Source of the DNA: Flavobacteriales bacterium
GTDB taxonomy: Bacteria; Bacteroidota; Bacteroidia; Flavobacteriales_F; PHOS-HE28
Assembly (NCBI GenBank): GCA_020852835.1
Contig: JADZAC010000058.1
Span: 10,743 to 74,742, forward strand
Length of the DNA stretch: 64,000 nucleotides
Direction of reading: 5' to 3'
The translations under genes and the position numbers were made by a program. Each line of letters starts with the position of its first letter. The stretch's first letter is position 1. The notes below the pieces were generated by a model. It was not told the DNA's origin, searched no databases, and was given only the letters and a program-made list of their open reading frames with translations. This document shows, one piece after another, positions 47,194 through 56,392 of the stretch.

Positions 47194-47271
47194 AATGCCG
47201 TTGGCTGCGGAAGATTGTTTAATATTGCGCCCCCAAACGGCGGGGTATAACGCCGCAAATCGCTGAGCGCC

Positions 47272-47685
47272 ATGGACAAGATCAAGCAACTCGAGAAAGA
47301 ATGGGCCCCTGTGAAGGAACACGGGGACTTCAAGGCGGGAGACACCATCACGGTTCACTATCGCATCAGCGAAGGGAACAAGGAGCGGATCCAGCAATAC
47401 CAAGGCGTAGTAGTGCAGCGCAAGGGTTCGGGCAGCACCGCCACGTTCACTGTGCGCAAGATGAGCGGATCGGTGGGCGTGGAACGCATCTTCCCGGTGG
47501 CCTCTCCCTTTTTGGACAAGGTGGAAGTGAACAAGCGCGGCGATGTGAACCGCGCCCGGATCTTCTACATCCGCGACCGCCGCGGCAAGAGCGCCCGGAT
47601 CAAGGAGAAGCGCATGGCCGTGGGTGCTGAAGAGCCCGCCCCCGCTGCCAAGGCGAAAAAACCTGCAGCCGCCGCCGCCAAGTAA
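47272..47685 (+). CDS. rplS: 50S ribosomal protein L19 (with an Ala/Lys-rich C-terminal tail)
   Basis: [60 protein letters not shown]...[25 protein letters not shown]. Confidence 0.96.
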   Translation: MDKIKQLEKEWAPVKEHGDFKAGDTITVHYRISEGNKERIQQYQGVVVQRKGSGSTATFTVRKMSGSVGVERIFPVASPFLDKVEVNKRGDVNRARIFYIRDRRGKSARIKEKRMAVGAEEPAPAAKAKKPAAAAAK

Positions 47686-47704
47686 GGCTTGCATGGAACC
47701 CATC

Positions 47705-47740
47705 GGAAAGGTCCCGCGCTGCCGGGACCTTTCTTATTTG
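47705..47740 (+). terminator. Intrinsic terminator after rplS
   Basis: AAAGGTCCCG (47707..47716) pairs with CGGGACCTTT (47723..47732) as a 10-bp stem with a 6-nt loop. It is followed by CTTATTTG. Confidence 0.7.
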
Positions 47741-47772
47741 TACTATTCGGCCCGAACAACAACTGAGCCACC

Positions 47773-48012
47773 ATGGGATTGCTATTGAGCTTGATCATCG
47801 GCGGGATAGCAGGCGCGTTGGCCGGCCGCATCATGCGTGGCGCGGGCTACGGCCTTGCCGTAAACATCATCCTGGGGTTGGCAGGCGGCCTGGTGGGCGG
47901 TTGGGGGTTCAGCCTGCTGGGCTTGGCCACCACCAGCGTGATCGGCCAATTGATCTGTGCCACGGCCGGTGCCGTGCTCGTGATCTTTTTGGTGCGGGCG
48001 CTGCGCAAATAG
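47773..48012 (+). CDS. GlsB/YeaQ/YmgE-family (transglycosylase-associated) small membrane protein
   Basis: MGLLLSLIIGGIAGALAGRIMRGAGYGLAVNIILGLAGGLVGGW is the typical Gly-zipper pattern of this family. Confidence 0.85.
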   Translation: MGLLLSLIIGGIAGALAGRIMRGAGYGLAVNIILGLAGGLVGGWGFSLLGLATTSVIGQLICATAGAVLVIFLVRALRK

Positions 48013-48106
48013 ACCGCTCTTGGGCGTGCAAGAACGTGGGCATTGGGGTGCCGCTCCCCATCGCTCTTGCACTTAATTCACACACTCGTTCAAAATTCGC
48101 CATCCC

Positions 48107-48847
48107 ATGATCAGAACCACTACCCTGCTTTGTGCCACCGCTGTCACCCTCACCGCCACTGCCCAACCGTGGACGGTGGGCCAACCGGTGGACATGCTGT
48201 TGTACACACAACCCTTTTACGGCGGCTGCGGCCCTGATCCGGACTACACCTTCACCTTTCCCACAAGCCCGGTGACCGGCGTGGATTACAAGGTGATCAT
48301 CACCAACATGGTGCCGGCCAACGGCAGTGTGAGCCTCTTGCCGGGGCTGGATAACGGGCAGCTCAATGATGAATTCATCTTCGATGCCACGGTGCAGCGG
48401 GCCCTGACCCTTGCACCGGGCACCACCAACGTAACGCTGGAATTCCGCGCGCAAGGCATCCCTGAGCAGGCTGGCCAAGGACATCCGTGCAGCACCAGCA
48501 TGTTCTGGATGAGCAACATGATGTTCTGCCCCGAAGGCCTTACCCCCAGCTTTAACGATGGATGCACCGTACAGGATGTCTCCACCGGCGTGGATGCCGC
48601 CCACGCCGAAGCAGTGTCGGTCCAATACCCGACATCGGCCAACGGCCAGCAGTTGAACATCACGCTCAACTCCGCCGCAACGGCCGACTACCGGATCGTG
48701 AACAGTGTGGGCCGCACGGTGCTCAGCGGCCGCATCGGCGCGCAAGGCGTGATCGGCCTTGAAGCCCTGCCCATAGGTTTGTATGTGTTGGACCTGCACG
48801 TGCAAGGCCGTTCCGTGGCCAAGCGCTTCCTGGTGGGCATGAACTGA
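48107..48847 (+). CDS. Secreted protein with a T9SS type-A C-terminal sorting domain
   Basis: Signal peptide MIRTTTLLCATAVTLTATAQ. The C-terminal 75 aa (YPTSANGQQLNITL...YRIVNSVGRTVLSG...LPIGLYVLDLHVQGRSVAKRFLV) match the Por secretion tail pattern. Confidence 0.8.
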   Translation: MIRTTTLLCATAVTLTATAQPWTVGQPVDMLLYTQPFYGGCGPDPDYTFTFPTSPVTGVDYKVIITNMVPANGSVSLLPGLDNGQLNDEFIFDATVQRALTLAPGTTNVTLEFRAQGIPEQAGQGHPCSTSMFWMSNMMFCPEGLTPSFNDGCTVQDVSTGVDAAHAEAVSVQYPTSANGQQLNITLNSAATADYRIVNSVGRTVLSGRIGAQGVIGLEALPIGLYVLDLHVQGRSVAKRFLVGMN

Positions 48848-48881
48848 GCACCTGTACCGGCGGGCCGGTCTTGTGGCATTC

Positions 48882-48914
48882 GGGGCAGCCGGGCGAAAGC
48901 CCAGCTGCCCTTTT
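48882..48914 (+). terminator. Intrinsic terminator after the 48107..48847 gene
   Basis: GGGCAGCCGGGC-GAAA-GCCCAGCTGCCC forms a hairpin followed by TTTTC. It abuts the stop of the convergent gene at 48914. Confidence 0.7.
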
Positions 48915-50002
48915 CAGTTCGCAGCGAGCACAAATGCAGCTTGTGCAAGCACCTTTCCGTTCACCAAAACCTCTACCAAGTGCTCCCCGGCGAAGTGCTT
49001 GCGCGTGCTCAGGTCCACCATGCGCTGGCGTTTTGCAATGGACAAGGAAGCGCCCGGCGCGAGGCTGGCCTCCTTGAGCTTGAACACCTTTCGTGAAGTG
49101 CGGCCGGAGGCCTTCCGGTAGTGGATGGCATAGTCGACCACCAATTGCTGGTGCACGTGTGCCTGTGAAACCACGGTGAATGAGAACTCCAAGGTGCCGC
49201 CCCGTTGAATTTGCCTGGACACAAGGTCGAACGCTTGGATGTGCACCTTGGCTGCAGCATCAAAGGCGAAGAGCTCAAGCGCGTGCTTATCCCCGGCTTT
49301 GATCAACGTGCGGCAGGCGTGCTTGGCGATCCATTCGGTATGCGGATGCCCCAGGCCCCAATCGCGCAATAGGCCAAGCATATGCTCCGGGTGATCCTTG
49401 CTGAGATCGTTGAGGTGGTTGGCCACCGACCGGCGGACATAGGGAGAATCATCGGCACGCAGTTGAGCGAGGATGGGGGTGGTCAGCGTTGGATCATGGA
49501 TGATGGCATCCAAACGGAAAGACCAGGGTAACCGGGGCCGGCAGCCTTCGGAGGCCAAGCGGCGCACGTGTTCATTCCTGTCCTCTGCCCATGTCCGCAT
49601 CACCTGAAGCGTGCCCATCACATCCTTGCGCAGGAACTCGCGGACGGCAAACTCCGCGGAGCCGAACGCCGTGAAATACTTCAAGGCCGAAAGGGAGAAA
49701 GCGGGATCCTGCAACCCGTACAAGCCTACAAGATCCGGAAAGAGCAGCGCCGTGTAGTTCCGGGGCATGCGCGGCACCACCTGTTTGAGCAAGTCCACGG
49801 CCGTTCGGAAGTCCGCCGGCAAATGGTGGCGCAGGCAGGTGCTGGCGTGGCGCATCCGCGCATTCAGCTCACGGCCTTCATTGCCTTCCAGCAACTGTGC
49901 CAGCAGGACCGTGCGATCCACACCGGGCGCTACCTCTGCCGTCTCACGGGCCAACTGCTCGAAGAACGGCCGGTTGAACATTTCCTTCAGGGGCGCAGCC
50001 AT
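48914..50002 (-). CDS. DNA alkylation repair protein (AlkD-like HEAT-repeat family)
   Basis: Trimmed to ATG 50002. MAAPLKEMFNRPFFEQLA... plus WAEDRNEHVRRLASEGCRPRLPW and DDSPYVRRSVANHLNDLSKDHP are motifs I associate with the PF08713-type family. Confidence 0.7.
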   Translation of the reverse strand: MAAPLKEMFNRPFFEQLARETAEVAPGVDRTVLLAQLLEGNEGRELNARMRHASTCLRHHLPADFRTAVDLLKQVVPRMPRNYTALLFPDLVGLYGLQDPAFSLSALKYFTAFGSAEFAVREFLRKDVMGTLQVMRTWAEDRNEHVRRLASEGCRPRLPWSFRLDAIIHDPTLTTPILAQLRADDSPYVRRSVANHLNDLSKDHPEHMLGLLRDWGLGHPHTEWIAKHACRTLIKAGDKHALELFAFDAAAKVHIQAFDLVSRQIQRGGTLEFSFTVVSQAHVHQQLVVDYAIHYRKASGRTSRKVFKLKEASLAPGASLSIAKRQRMVDLSTRKHFAGEHLVEVLVNGKVLAQAAFVLAAN

Positions 50003-50209
50003 CTCATACTTCTTGCCGGGTGCAATGAAAAGCAGCGGCCAAGATGCGCTCTGCCCGCGGGCCAAGCAACCCCGGCGCACCGCCGCAGGACATGGCCGGT
50101 TGTGAACCGGTCCATAAAGGCTGCATGCATCCGCTCATACTACCCCTGTCCGCCCTGTTGGCCAAGCTGCCTAAAGCATGGGCACAAGAGCCCTGCATTG
50201 CCACAACTC

Positions 50210-52870
50210 CTACCCCACCAGCTCCTTGTTCCTGTTGGGGATGTCGTCTTTGCTGAAGGTGACCTTGTCTTCTTCTTCCTTGAGCTTGAGCACCAGGGCC
50301 AGGGCATCGGGCACCACATCACTGCATAGGGTGAGGAAACTGCCAGGCTTGGCCGTGCTGATGGCGTAGCGGATGGCCTCTTCTTCCTTTTTTATGACCG
50401 TGAACTTCTTGTTGGGGTCCACTTCCTTGATGCCCTTGACCATCAGGGCAATGATCTCATCATCGCTCTTGCCGCGCAGGTTGCGGTCTTGGCGGATGAT
50501 GATCTCATCGAACATGCGGGCGCTGAGGCGGCCGAGATTGACGGTGTCTTCATCCCGGCGGTCGCCTACCCCGGCGATCACGCCCACCTTGGGGCTGTCG
50601 GGCACCTTGGCGAGGAAGCGGCCCAACGCCTCAAAGCCGTGGGGGTTGTGGGCATAATCCACCACCACTTGGAAATTCTTGAATTGGAAGAGGTTGAGGC
50701 GGCCCGGTGTTTGTGCCGGGGAGGGTACGAAGGTGGCCAAGGCCTCACGCAGTTCTTCCACCTTGACGCCCTGTACGTAGGCGGCCAGCACGGCGGGCAG
50801 CACGTTCTGGATGTTGAACACGGCCCTGCCTCCATAGGTGAGGGGCACGTTCACGGCCTTTTCGATGCGCAGCTTCCACTCGCCCTTGCTGATGGTGATG
50901 AAGCCGTTTTCATAGATGGCCGCCAAGCCACCGAGCTTGCAGTGCTGGCGGATCAAGCGGTTGTTCTCATCGAGGCTGAAGAGTGCGATCTTGGCCTGGC
51001 ACTGCTTGCGCATGGCCATCACCAGTTCATCATCGGCGTTGAGGATGGCGTAGCCGTCGGGGCGGACGCTGCGCGGCACGGTGCTTTTCACACTGGCCAG
51101 CTCTTCCAAGGTGTTGATGTCGCCCAGTCCGAGGTGGTCGGCGGCCACATTGGTGCAAATGCCCACGTCGCAATGCTCAAAGCCGAGGCCGCTGCGCAGC
51201 ATGCCCCCACGGGCGGTCTCCAGTACGGCCAGGTCCACCAAGGGATCCTTGAGCACGAACTGGGCGCTCACCGGACCGGTGCAATCGCCTTTCATGAGCA
51301 GGCGGTTCATGATGTACACGCCGTCGCTGCAGGTCATGCCCACCTTGTGGCCGTGGCTGCGCATGATGTGGGCAATGAGGCGCGAGGTGGTGGTCTTGCC
51401 ATTGGTGCCGGTAACGGCAATGATGGGGATCCGGCTGGGCGCGCCCGGCGGGAAGAGCATGTCCACCACGGGCTCGGCCACGTTGCGGCCTAGGCCCTCG
51501 GTGGGGTCCAGGTGCATGCGGAAGCCGGGCGCGGCGTTGACCTCCAGCACCGCGCCGCACTCATTGAGCGGCCGGGTGATGTCCTCGGTCATGATGTCGA
51601 TGCCGCAGATGTCCAAGTCGATGATGCGCGAGATGCGCTCGGCCATGAAAATATTGTAGGAATGCACCACCTCGGTGACGTCGGTGGCGGTACCACCGGT
51701 GCTGAGGTTGGCGGTGGCTTTGAGGTACACGGTCTCCCCGGCCTGCGGCACGCTGGCCGGGGTGAGGTTGCGGCGGCCGAGCAGTTCCAAGGTGTGGGCG
51801 TCGATGGTGATGGCGGTAAGCACCTTTTCATGGCCGAAGCCGCGCCGGGGGTCCTTGTTCACTTCTTCCACCAACTGCTCAATGGTGTGTTTACCATCGC
51901 CCACCACGCAAGCCGGTGTGCGCTTTGCAGCGGCGACAAACTTGTGGTCGATCACCAGCAGGCGGTGGTCCAGACCTTTGATCTCCTTCTCCACCACCAC
52001 GCTACGGCTGATCTCCTTGGCCACGGCCAATGCGGCGTTGGCCTCTTCGAGGGTCTTGATGCCGATGGTGGCCCCACGGCCGTGGTTGCCGCCAATGGGC
52101 TTGATCACGCAGGGGAAGCCCACGCTTTCCAGGGCGGCGACCAGGCCTTCCTCGGTACGCACCACACGGCCCTTGGGCACAGGGATCTCGTAGCTCTCCA
52201 ACAGTTGCTTGGTTTCCTCCTTGTCGCAGGCGATCTCCACCCCGATGTTGCTGGTGCGGCTGGTCACCGTGGCGCGGATGCGTTTTTGGTGCACGCCATG
52301 GCCGAGCTGCACGAGGCTTTGGCCGTTGAGCCGCAGCCAAGGAATGCCGCGCCGGGCGGCCTCTTCCACAATGGAACCGGTGCTGGGCCCCAGGCGGGTA
52401 TCCTCGCGCAGTTCGCGCATGCGCTGGATATCGGCATCAAGGTCGTACGGCGTTCCGGCGATCAGGGCCTCGGCAATGCGCACGGCGGCTTTGGCTGCGT
52501 ACAGCCCTACCGCCTCCTCGATGTAGCTGAACACCACGTTGTACACGCCGTGGGCACCGGTACTGCGGGTGCGCCCGAAACCGGTGTCCATGTCGGCCAG
52601 GGTCTGGATCTCCAGGGCGATGTGCTCGATCACATGGCCCATCCAGGTGCCGCGCTGCACGCGCTCGAAAAAGCCGCCTTCGTGCTCTTCGCTGCAGCGG
52701 TGGGTGTAAAGCGAGGGGATCAGGGCCTTCATGCGTTCATAGAACCCCGGAATGGTGTCCGTGGGGCGTTCTTCCAGTTCCTCGATATCGAGGCGCATGA
52801 CCACCAGGCGGTGCCGCTTGATCGACCAATGATTGGGGCCGCGCATGGCCTTGAGCTCGAGGATCCGCAT
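50210..52870 (-). CDS. cphA: Cyanophycin synthetase CphA
   Basis: Trimmed to ATG 52870. It begins MRILELKAMRGPNHWSIKRHRLVVMRLDIEELEERPTDTIPGFYERM...THRCSEEHEGGFFERVQRGTWMGHVIEHIALE. It also has an ATP-grasp region and a Mur-ligase-like region (IIAVTGTNGKTTT). Confidence 0.93.
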   Translation of the reverse strand: MRILELKAMRGPNHWSIKRHRLVVMRLDIEELEERPTDTIPGFYERMKALIPSLYTHRCSEEHEGGFFERVQRGTWMGHVIEHIALEIQTLADMDTGFGRTRSTGAHGVYNVVFSYIEEAVGLYAAKAAVRIAEALIAGTPYDLDADIQRMRELREDTRLGPSTGSIVEEAARRGIPWLRLNGQSLVQLGHGVHQKRIRATVTSRTSNIGVEIACDKEETKQLLESYEIPVPKGRVVRTEEGLVAALESVGFPCVIKPIGGNHGRGATIGIKTLEEANAALAVAKEISRSVVVEKEIKGLDHRLLVIDHKFVAAAKRTPACVVGDGKHTIEQLVEEVNKDPRRGFGHEKVLTAITIDAHTLELLGRRNLTPASVPQAGETVYLKATANLSTGGTATDVTEVVHSYNIFMAERISRIIDLDICGIDIMTEDITRPLNECGAVLEVNAAPGFRMHLDPTEGLGRNVAEPVVDMLFPPGAPSRIPIIAVTGTNGKTTTSRLIAHIMRSHGHKVGMTCSDGVYIMNRLLMKGDCTGPVSAQFVLKDPLVDLAVLETARGGMLRSGLGFEHCDVGICTNVAADHLGLGDINTLEELASVKSTVPRSVRPDGYAILNADDELVMAMRKQCQAKIALFSLDENNRLIRQHCKLGGLAAIYENGFITISKGEWKLRIEKAVNVPLTYGGRAVFNIQNVLPAVLAAYVQGVKVEELREALATFVPSPAQTPGRLNLFQFKNFQVVVDYAHNPHGFEALGRFLAKVPDSPKVGVIAGVGDRRDEDTVNLGRLSARMFDEIIIRQDRNLRGKSDDEIIALMVKGIKEVDPNKKFTVIKKEEEAIRYAISTAKPGSFLTLCSDVVPDALALVLKLKEEEDKVTFSKDDIPNRNKELVG

Positions 52871-52961
52871 GAGGAGGGGTATTGCTAATGTGCGGTCAAT
52901 GTATGAATAGCGGGCTGTTGAACAAATTCCGGCCTGGTGGCGCCATGCGGTGCCATTCCCG

Positions 52962-52969
52962 TAGTTTTG
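52962..52969 (+). promoter_or_regulatory. -7 promoter box TAGTTTTG upstream of cphB
   Basis: Exact TAnnTTTG match 69 nt before ATG 53039, in the divergent cphA/cphB spacer. Confidence 0.35.
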
Positions 52970-53038
52970 CCCCGTTTCCCCCGCGCGAACGATGCGCGGA
53001 TCCACGGGCAACACGGGGGTGGGGCGAAAGCAAGCAAG

Positions 53039-53905
53039 ATGGAAATAGCACCCAAAGGGAAGTTGATCGCCATTGGCGGCGCCGAGGACAAAGGCAACAG
53101 CAGGGAGAAGAACGGCACGGACTCGGGCACGTTCATCGAATCCAGCATCCTGCGCCGGGTAGTGGACGAAATGGGCGGGCCCAATGCCCGCATCGCCTTG
53201 ATCACCACGGCCAGCTCCATACCGGCGGAGGTGGCGGACAACTACCGGGAAGCCTTCGGCATGCTGGGAGTAAAGAACTTGGACGTGCTGGACATCCGCG
53301 AGCGCAAGGATGTAACCCCGGAAATGGAACAGCGCCTGGCCAAAGCGGACGGGGTGATGATCAGCGGGGGCAACCAATTGCGGCTCACCACCATTTTCGG
53401 TGGCACGGCCTTTTTACAGCTGCTCAAGAAGCGCTACCAGGAAGAGCCGGGCTTCGTGATCGCAGGCACCAGCGCCGGTGCCATGTGCATGAGCAGCACC
53501 ATGATCTACCAGGGCCAAAGCGCCACCGGGCTGGTAAAGGGCGGGGTGAAGATGACCACGGGCCTGAGCTTTGTGCAGGATGTGGTGGTGGACACCCACT
53601 TTGTGAACCGGGGCCGCTTCAGCCGCCTTACGCAGTGCATCTCCGCCAATCCGGCAGCCGTGGGCATCGGCTTGGGCGAGGATACGGGCGTGGTGATCAC
53701 CGACGGCTACCGCCTGGAGACCATCGGCAGCGGGCAGGTAATGATCTTCGATGGCCGGGACATCACCTACACCAACCTGGCCGATGTGGAGGAAGGCGAG
53801 GTCTTCAGCATAGAAGGCATGCGGATCCACATCATCTCCAAGGGCCACAGCTACTCCCTGCAAGACCGCTGCTTCACGGCCGTGCCCGTCATGCAGCCCC
53901 AATAG
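53039..53905 (+). CDS. cphB: Cyanophycinase CphB (S51 peptidase)
   Basis: Trimmed to ATG 53039 (MEIAPKGKLIAIGGAEDK). It has GGNQLRL and the catalytic Ser context GTSAGAMCMS. Confidence 0.9.
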   Translation: MEIAPKGKLIAIGGAEDKGNSREKNGTDSGTFIESSILRRVVDEMGGPNARIALITTASSIPAEVADNYREAFGMLGVKNLDVLDIRERKDVTPEMEQRLAKADGVMISGGNQLRLTTIFGGTAFLQLLKKRYQEEPGFVIAGTSAGAMCMSSTMIYQGQSATGLVKGGVKMTTGLSFVQDVVVDTHFVNRGRFSRLTQCISANPAAVGIGLGEDTGVVITDGYRLETIGSGQVMIFDGRDITYTNLADVEEGEVFSIEGMRIHIISKGHSYSLQDRCFTAVPVMQPQ

Positions 53906-54064
53906 CCGCACGGGGCGGCTACCGCGTACAAGGCCAAGGGCGATCATGGCCCTAAAGGGCTGCTTCTGGACGGTATGGCCTCATGCGGCCTGCCGGAATG
54001 TCCGAACCAGGGAAGCTTTCGTGTTTGGCACTATCTTTCCACGGCAACCCGAAAATTGCACTCG

Positions 54065-54424
54065 ATGAGCAACGGAAAGACCGCTTTGGGCATCTTGGCC
54101 GGCCTGGCTGCCGGTGTAGCCATCGGCATGCTGTTGGCACCACGCTCGGGCAAGGAAACGCGCGATCTGCTGCGCGAAAAAGGCAAACGTGCCATGGACG
54201 ATCTGGAGGAGCTGCTGGACCACGGCTATGAACGGTGGAAGGCCGCGCGCAACAGCGTGGTGGAACGCGCCAACATGACCAAGGCCGACCTGAAGGACTT
54301 TTTGGACTTCATGGCCGCCGAAGGGGCGGACCTGAAAGAACGGGTGGCACAGGACCTGCGCGGCACGGGCAAACGTGCTGCGGACCCCTCCATGGAGCCC
54401 CCGATCGCGGCAGGCGCCGCATGA
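54065..54424 (+). CDS. YtxH domain protein
   Basis: Trimmed to ATG 54065. MSNGKTALGILAGLAAGVAIGMLLAPRSGKETRDLL is the canonical YtxH N-terminal helix. Confidence 0.8.
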   Translation: MSNGKTALGILAGLAAGVAIGMLLAPRSGKETRDLLREKGKRAMDDLEELLDHGYERWKAARNSVVERANMTKADLKDFLDFMAAEGADLKERVAQDLRGTGKRAADPSMEPPIAAGAA

Positions 54425-54434
54425 TCCAACTTCA

Positions 54435-54836
54435 ATGAGCACCGACTCCACCGGAACGGACGGTACCTCCCGCGGGGATACGGGCTCCCATCCACTGGGA
54501 GAGCTGCTGGAAGCCGCCTTGCATGACGGCAAGGCCTACTTCCATGCCCGGCAGGAACAGGTGAAGCTGGATGTTTACGGCAAGACCGGCGCGGTGGCCG
54601 GCAACCTGCTGGTGCTATTGATCAGTGCCGTGGCCATCACCTTGTTCCTGGTATTCGCCAGCTTGGCCTTGGCCGTATGGCTCGGCACGGTGATGGGCGG
54701 CCTGGCCTTGGGGCTGACCATCGTGGGCGGTGCCTACTTGCTGGTATTCCTGCTCGTTTTTTTCCTCGCCCGCAACCGGATCCAAGAAAGCGTGCAATTG
54801 CATGTGATCAACCTGCTGCGCGATGGCGAAAGTTGA
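54435..54836 (+). CDS. Holin-X / DUF1469-like two-TM membrane protein
   Basis: Trimmed to ATG 54435. An amphipathic segment (LLEAALHDGKAYFHARQEQVKLD) is followed by two long hydrophobic helices. This architecture is as in the 'phage holin family' proteins found next to YtxH genes. Confidence 0.6.
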   Translation: MSTDSTGTDGTSRGDTGSHPLGELLEAALHDGKAYFHARQEQVKLDVYGKTGAVAGNLLVLLISAVAITLFLVFASLALAVWLGTVMGGLALGLTIVGGAYLLVFLLVFFLARNRIQESVQLHVINLLRDGES

Positions 54837-55227
54837 CCGGTTCCGAAATTTGGCGGAATTCCGTGCGGAGCAGCAGCGGTGGGCGGATGTGGCCAACGTA
54901 CATGCCGGGCACCTGCAAAGCCATTGGTTGCTGCTGAAGGACCCTGGGCTACGCAACCGGCTGGCCCGCGAAACGGTAGTGGCATTGGTGCGTGGTGCCC
55001 TGCCCCAAACCGTGGCCGGAACACTTTCCGGCGCGGGCCTTGGGGGGGCCTTGCAATGGGCCATGGGAAACGGCACAGGAGGATGGGCCAAGCGCGCCTT
55101 GCTCTTCGGCGCCAGCCTGGCCGCCCCCATGCTGGCCGCAAAAGCGGAACAATTTCCCCTGCGCCTGTTGCTCGGGGAGGTGGGCATTAGCTTGGGCCGC
55201 CTGAAAGCCTACCTGCGCGATCGCTGA
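54823..55227 (+). CDS. Hypothetical protein (134 aa), third gene of the YtxH cluster
   Basis: ATG 54823 overlaps the upstream gene by 14 nt. I recognise no family. Confidence 0.5.
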   Translation: MAKVDRFRNLAEFRAEQQRWADVANVHAGHLQSHWLLLKDPGLRNRLARETVVALVRGALPQTVAGTLSGAGLGGALQWAMGNGTGGWAKRALLFGASLAAPMLAAKAEQFPLRLLLGEVGISLGRLKAYLRDR

Positions 55228-55236
55228 GCCCCCGGC

Positions 55237-56385
55237 ATGCAACACGCCCCGCCCCTGCCCCATGAGCCCGTGCCCACAGGCCCGGTGCGCGACCCCCTGC
55301 TGCATTACGTATTGGTGCTGCTGGCGCTGATCGGTTCGGTAACCGTGCTTCATTACGGGCGGGACCTCTTTGTGCTGTTGTTCATCGCAGGCATATTCAG
55401 CTTTTTGCTGCTGCCCCTTTGCCAAGGGCTGCAGCGGCGGGGCTGGCCGCTGTGGCTGGCGGCAGGCACCGGTTGCGTGCTGCTTGTCCTCATGTTCTTC
55501 GGGCTGCTGTACTTCCTGGGCAGCCAGTACGCCCACTTCGGCAAGGACCTGCCCGGGTTGCAGGCTGCGTTGATGCACAAGATCGAACTGGGCCAGACGT
55601 ACGTGGAAGGGCGTTTCAACGTGGCCCAGGCACGGCAATCGGAATGGGTGCAGGACAAACTGGAGGCGCTGATCAAGAGCAGCGGCTCGGTGGCGGTAAA
55701 CGTTTTTTCGGCCACGGGTGCAGCATTTGCCACTGCCCTGGTCATCCCCATCATCACCTTCTTCCTGCTGCTGATGAAGGGGCGGTTCCGCGAATTTTTC
55801 CTGCGCCTTGCGCCCGACCACGACGGCACAGTGCTCCGGCTGGTGGAGAACATCGCCGGGTTGAGCCGCCAATGGCTCAAGGGCTTGATCACGGTGGTCT
55901 TTTTCCTGGCGGTGCTGGACTCGATCGGCTTTTTGGTGCTGGGGCTTGAATATGCCGTGCTGCTGGGCGTGACGGCAGCGTTGCTCAACGTGATCCCCTA
56001 CCTGGGTCCATGGCTGGGAGCCATCGTTCCGCTCTTGATCGCGCTGTTGACGAAGGATTCGATGATGTACGCCTTGGGCGTGGTAGGCGTGATCGCCACC
56101 ACGCAATTCATCGACAACAACTTCATCACGCCCAAGGTGGTGGGTTCCAGCGTGAGCCTCAACCCGCTGGCGAGCATGATCGCGTTGCTGGCCTGGGGCA
56201 CGCTCTGGGGCTTCATGGGATTGCTGTTGGCCATCCCCATCACCGGTATGATGAAACTGGTGTTTGATGAGATCACGCCGCTGAAGCCGTGGGGCTTTCT
56301 GCTGGGCGAAGAGAAAAAATGGCCCAAGGAAAAACGCTTCAAGCTGTCCCTGCCGGTGCGCCGAAAAAAACAGCAGCGCAAGTAG
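55237..56385 (+). CDS. AI-2E family transporter (PerM/UPF0118)
   Basis: About 8 TM segments. LLNVIPYLGPWLGAIVPLLIAL...FIDNNFITPKVVGSSVSLNPLASMIALLAWGTLWGFMGLLLAIPI. Confidence 0.88.
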   Translation: MQHAPPLPHEPVPTGPVRDPLLHYVLVLLALIGSVTVLHYGRDLFVLLFIAGIFSFLLLPLCQGLQRRGWPLWLAAGTGCVLLVLMFFGLLYFLGSQYAHFGKDLPGLQAALMHKIELGQTYVEGRFNVAQARQSEWVQDKLEALIKSSGSVAVNVFSATGAAFATALVIPIITFFLLLMKGRFREFFLRLAPDHDGTVLRLVENIAGLSRQWLKGLITVVFFLAVLDSIGFLVLGLEYAVLLGVTAALLNVIPYLGPWLGAIVPLLIALLTKDSMMYALGVVGVIATTQFIDNNFITPKVVGSSVSLNPLASMIALLAWGTLWGFMGLLLAIPITGMMKLVFDEITPLKPWGFLLGEEKKWPKEKRFKLSLPVRRKKQQRK

Positions 56386-56392
56386 TCCGCGG

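Noticed and set aside
52871-52880. GAGGAGG immediately adjacent to the cphA start, resembling a Shine-Dalgarno sequence.
   Set aside because: It is on the + strand, whereas cphA is on the minus strand (where it reads CCTCCTC). It is also 160 nt from the cphB start. No other gene here uses an SD-like sequence.
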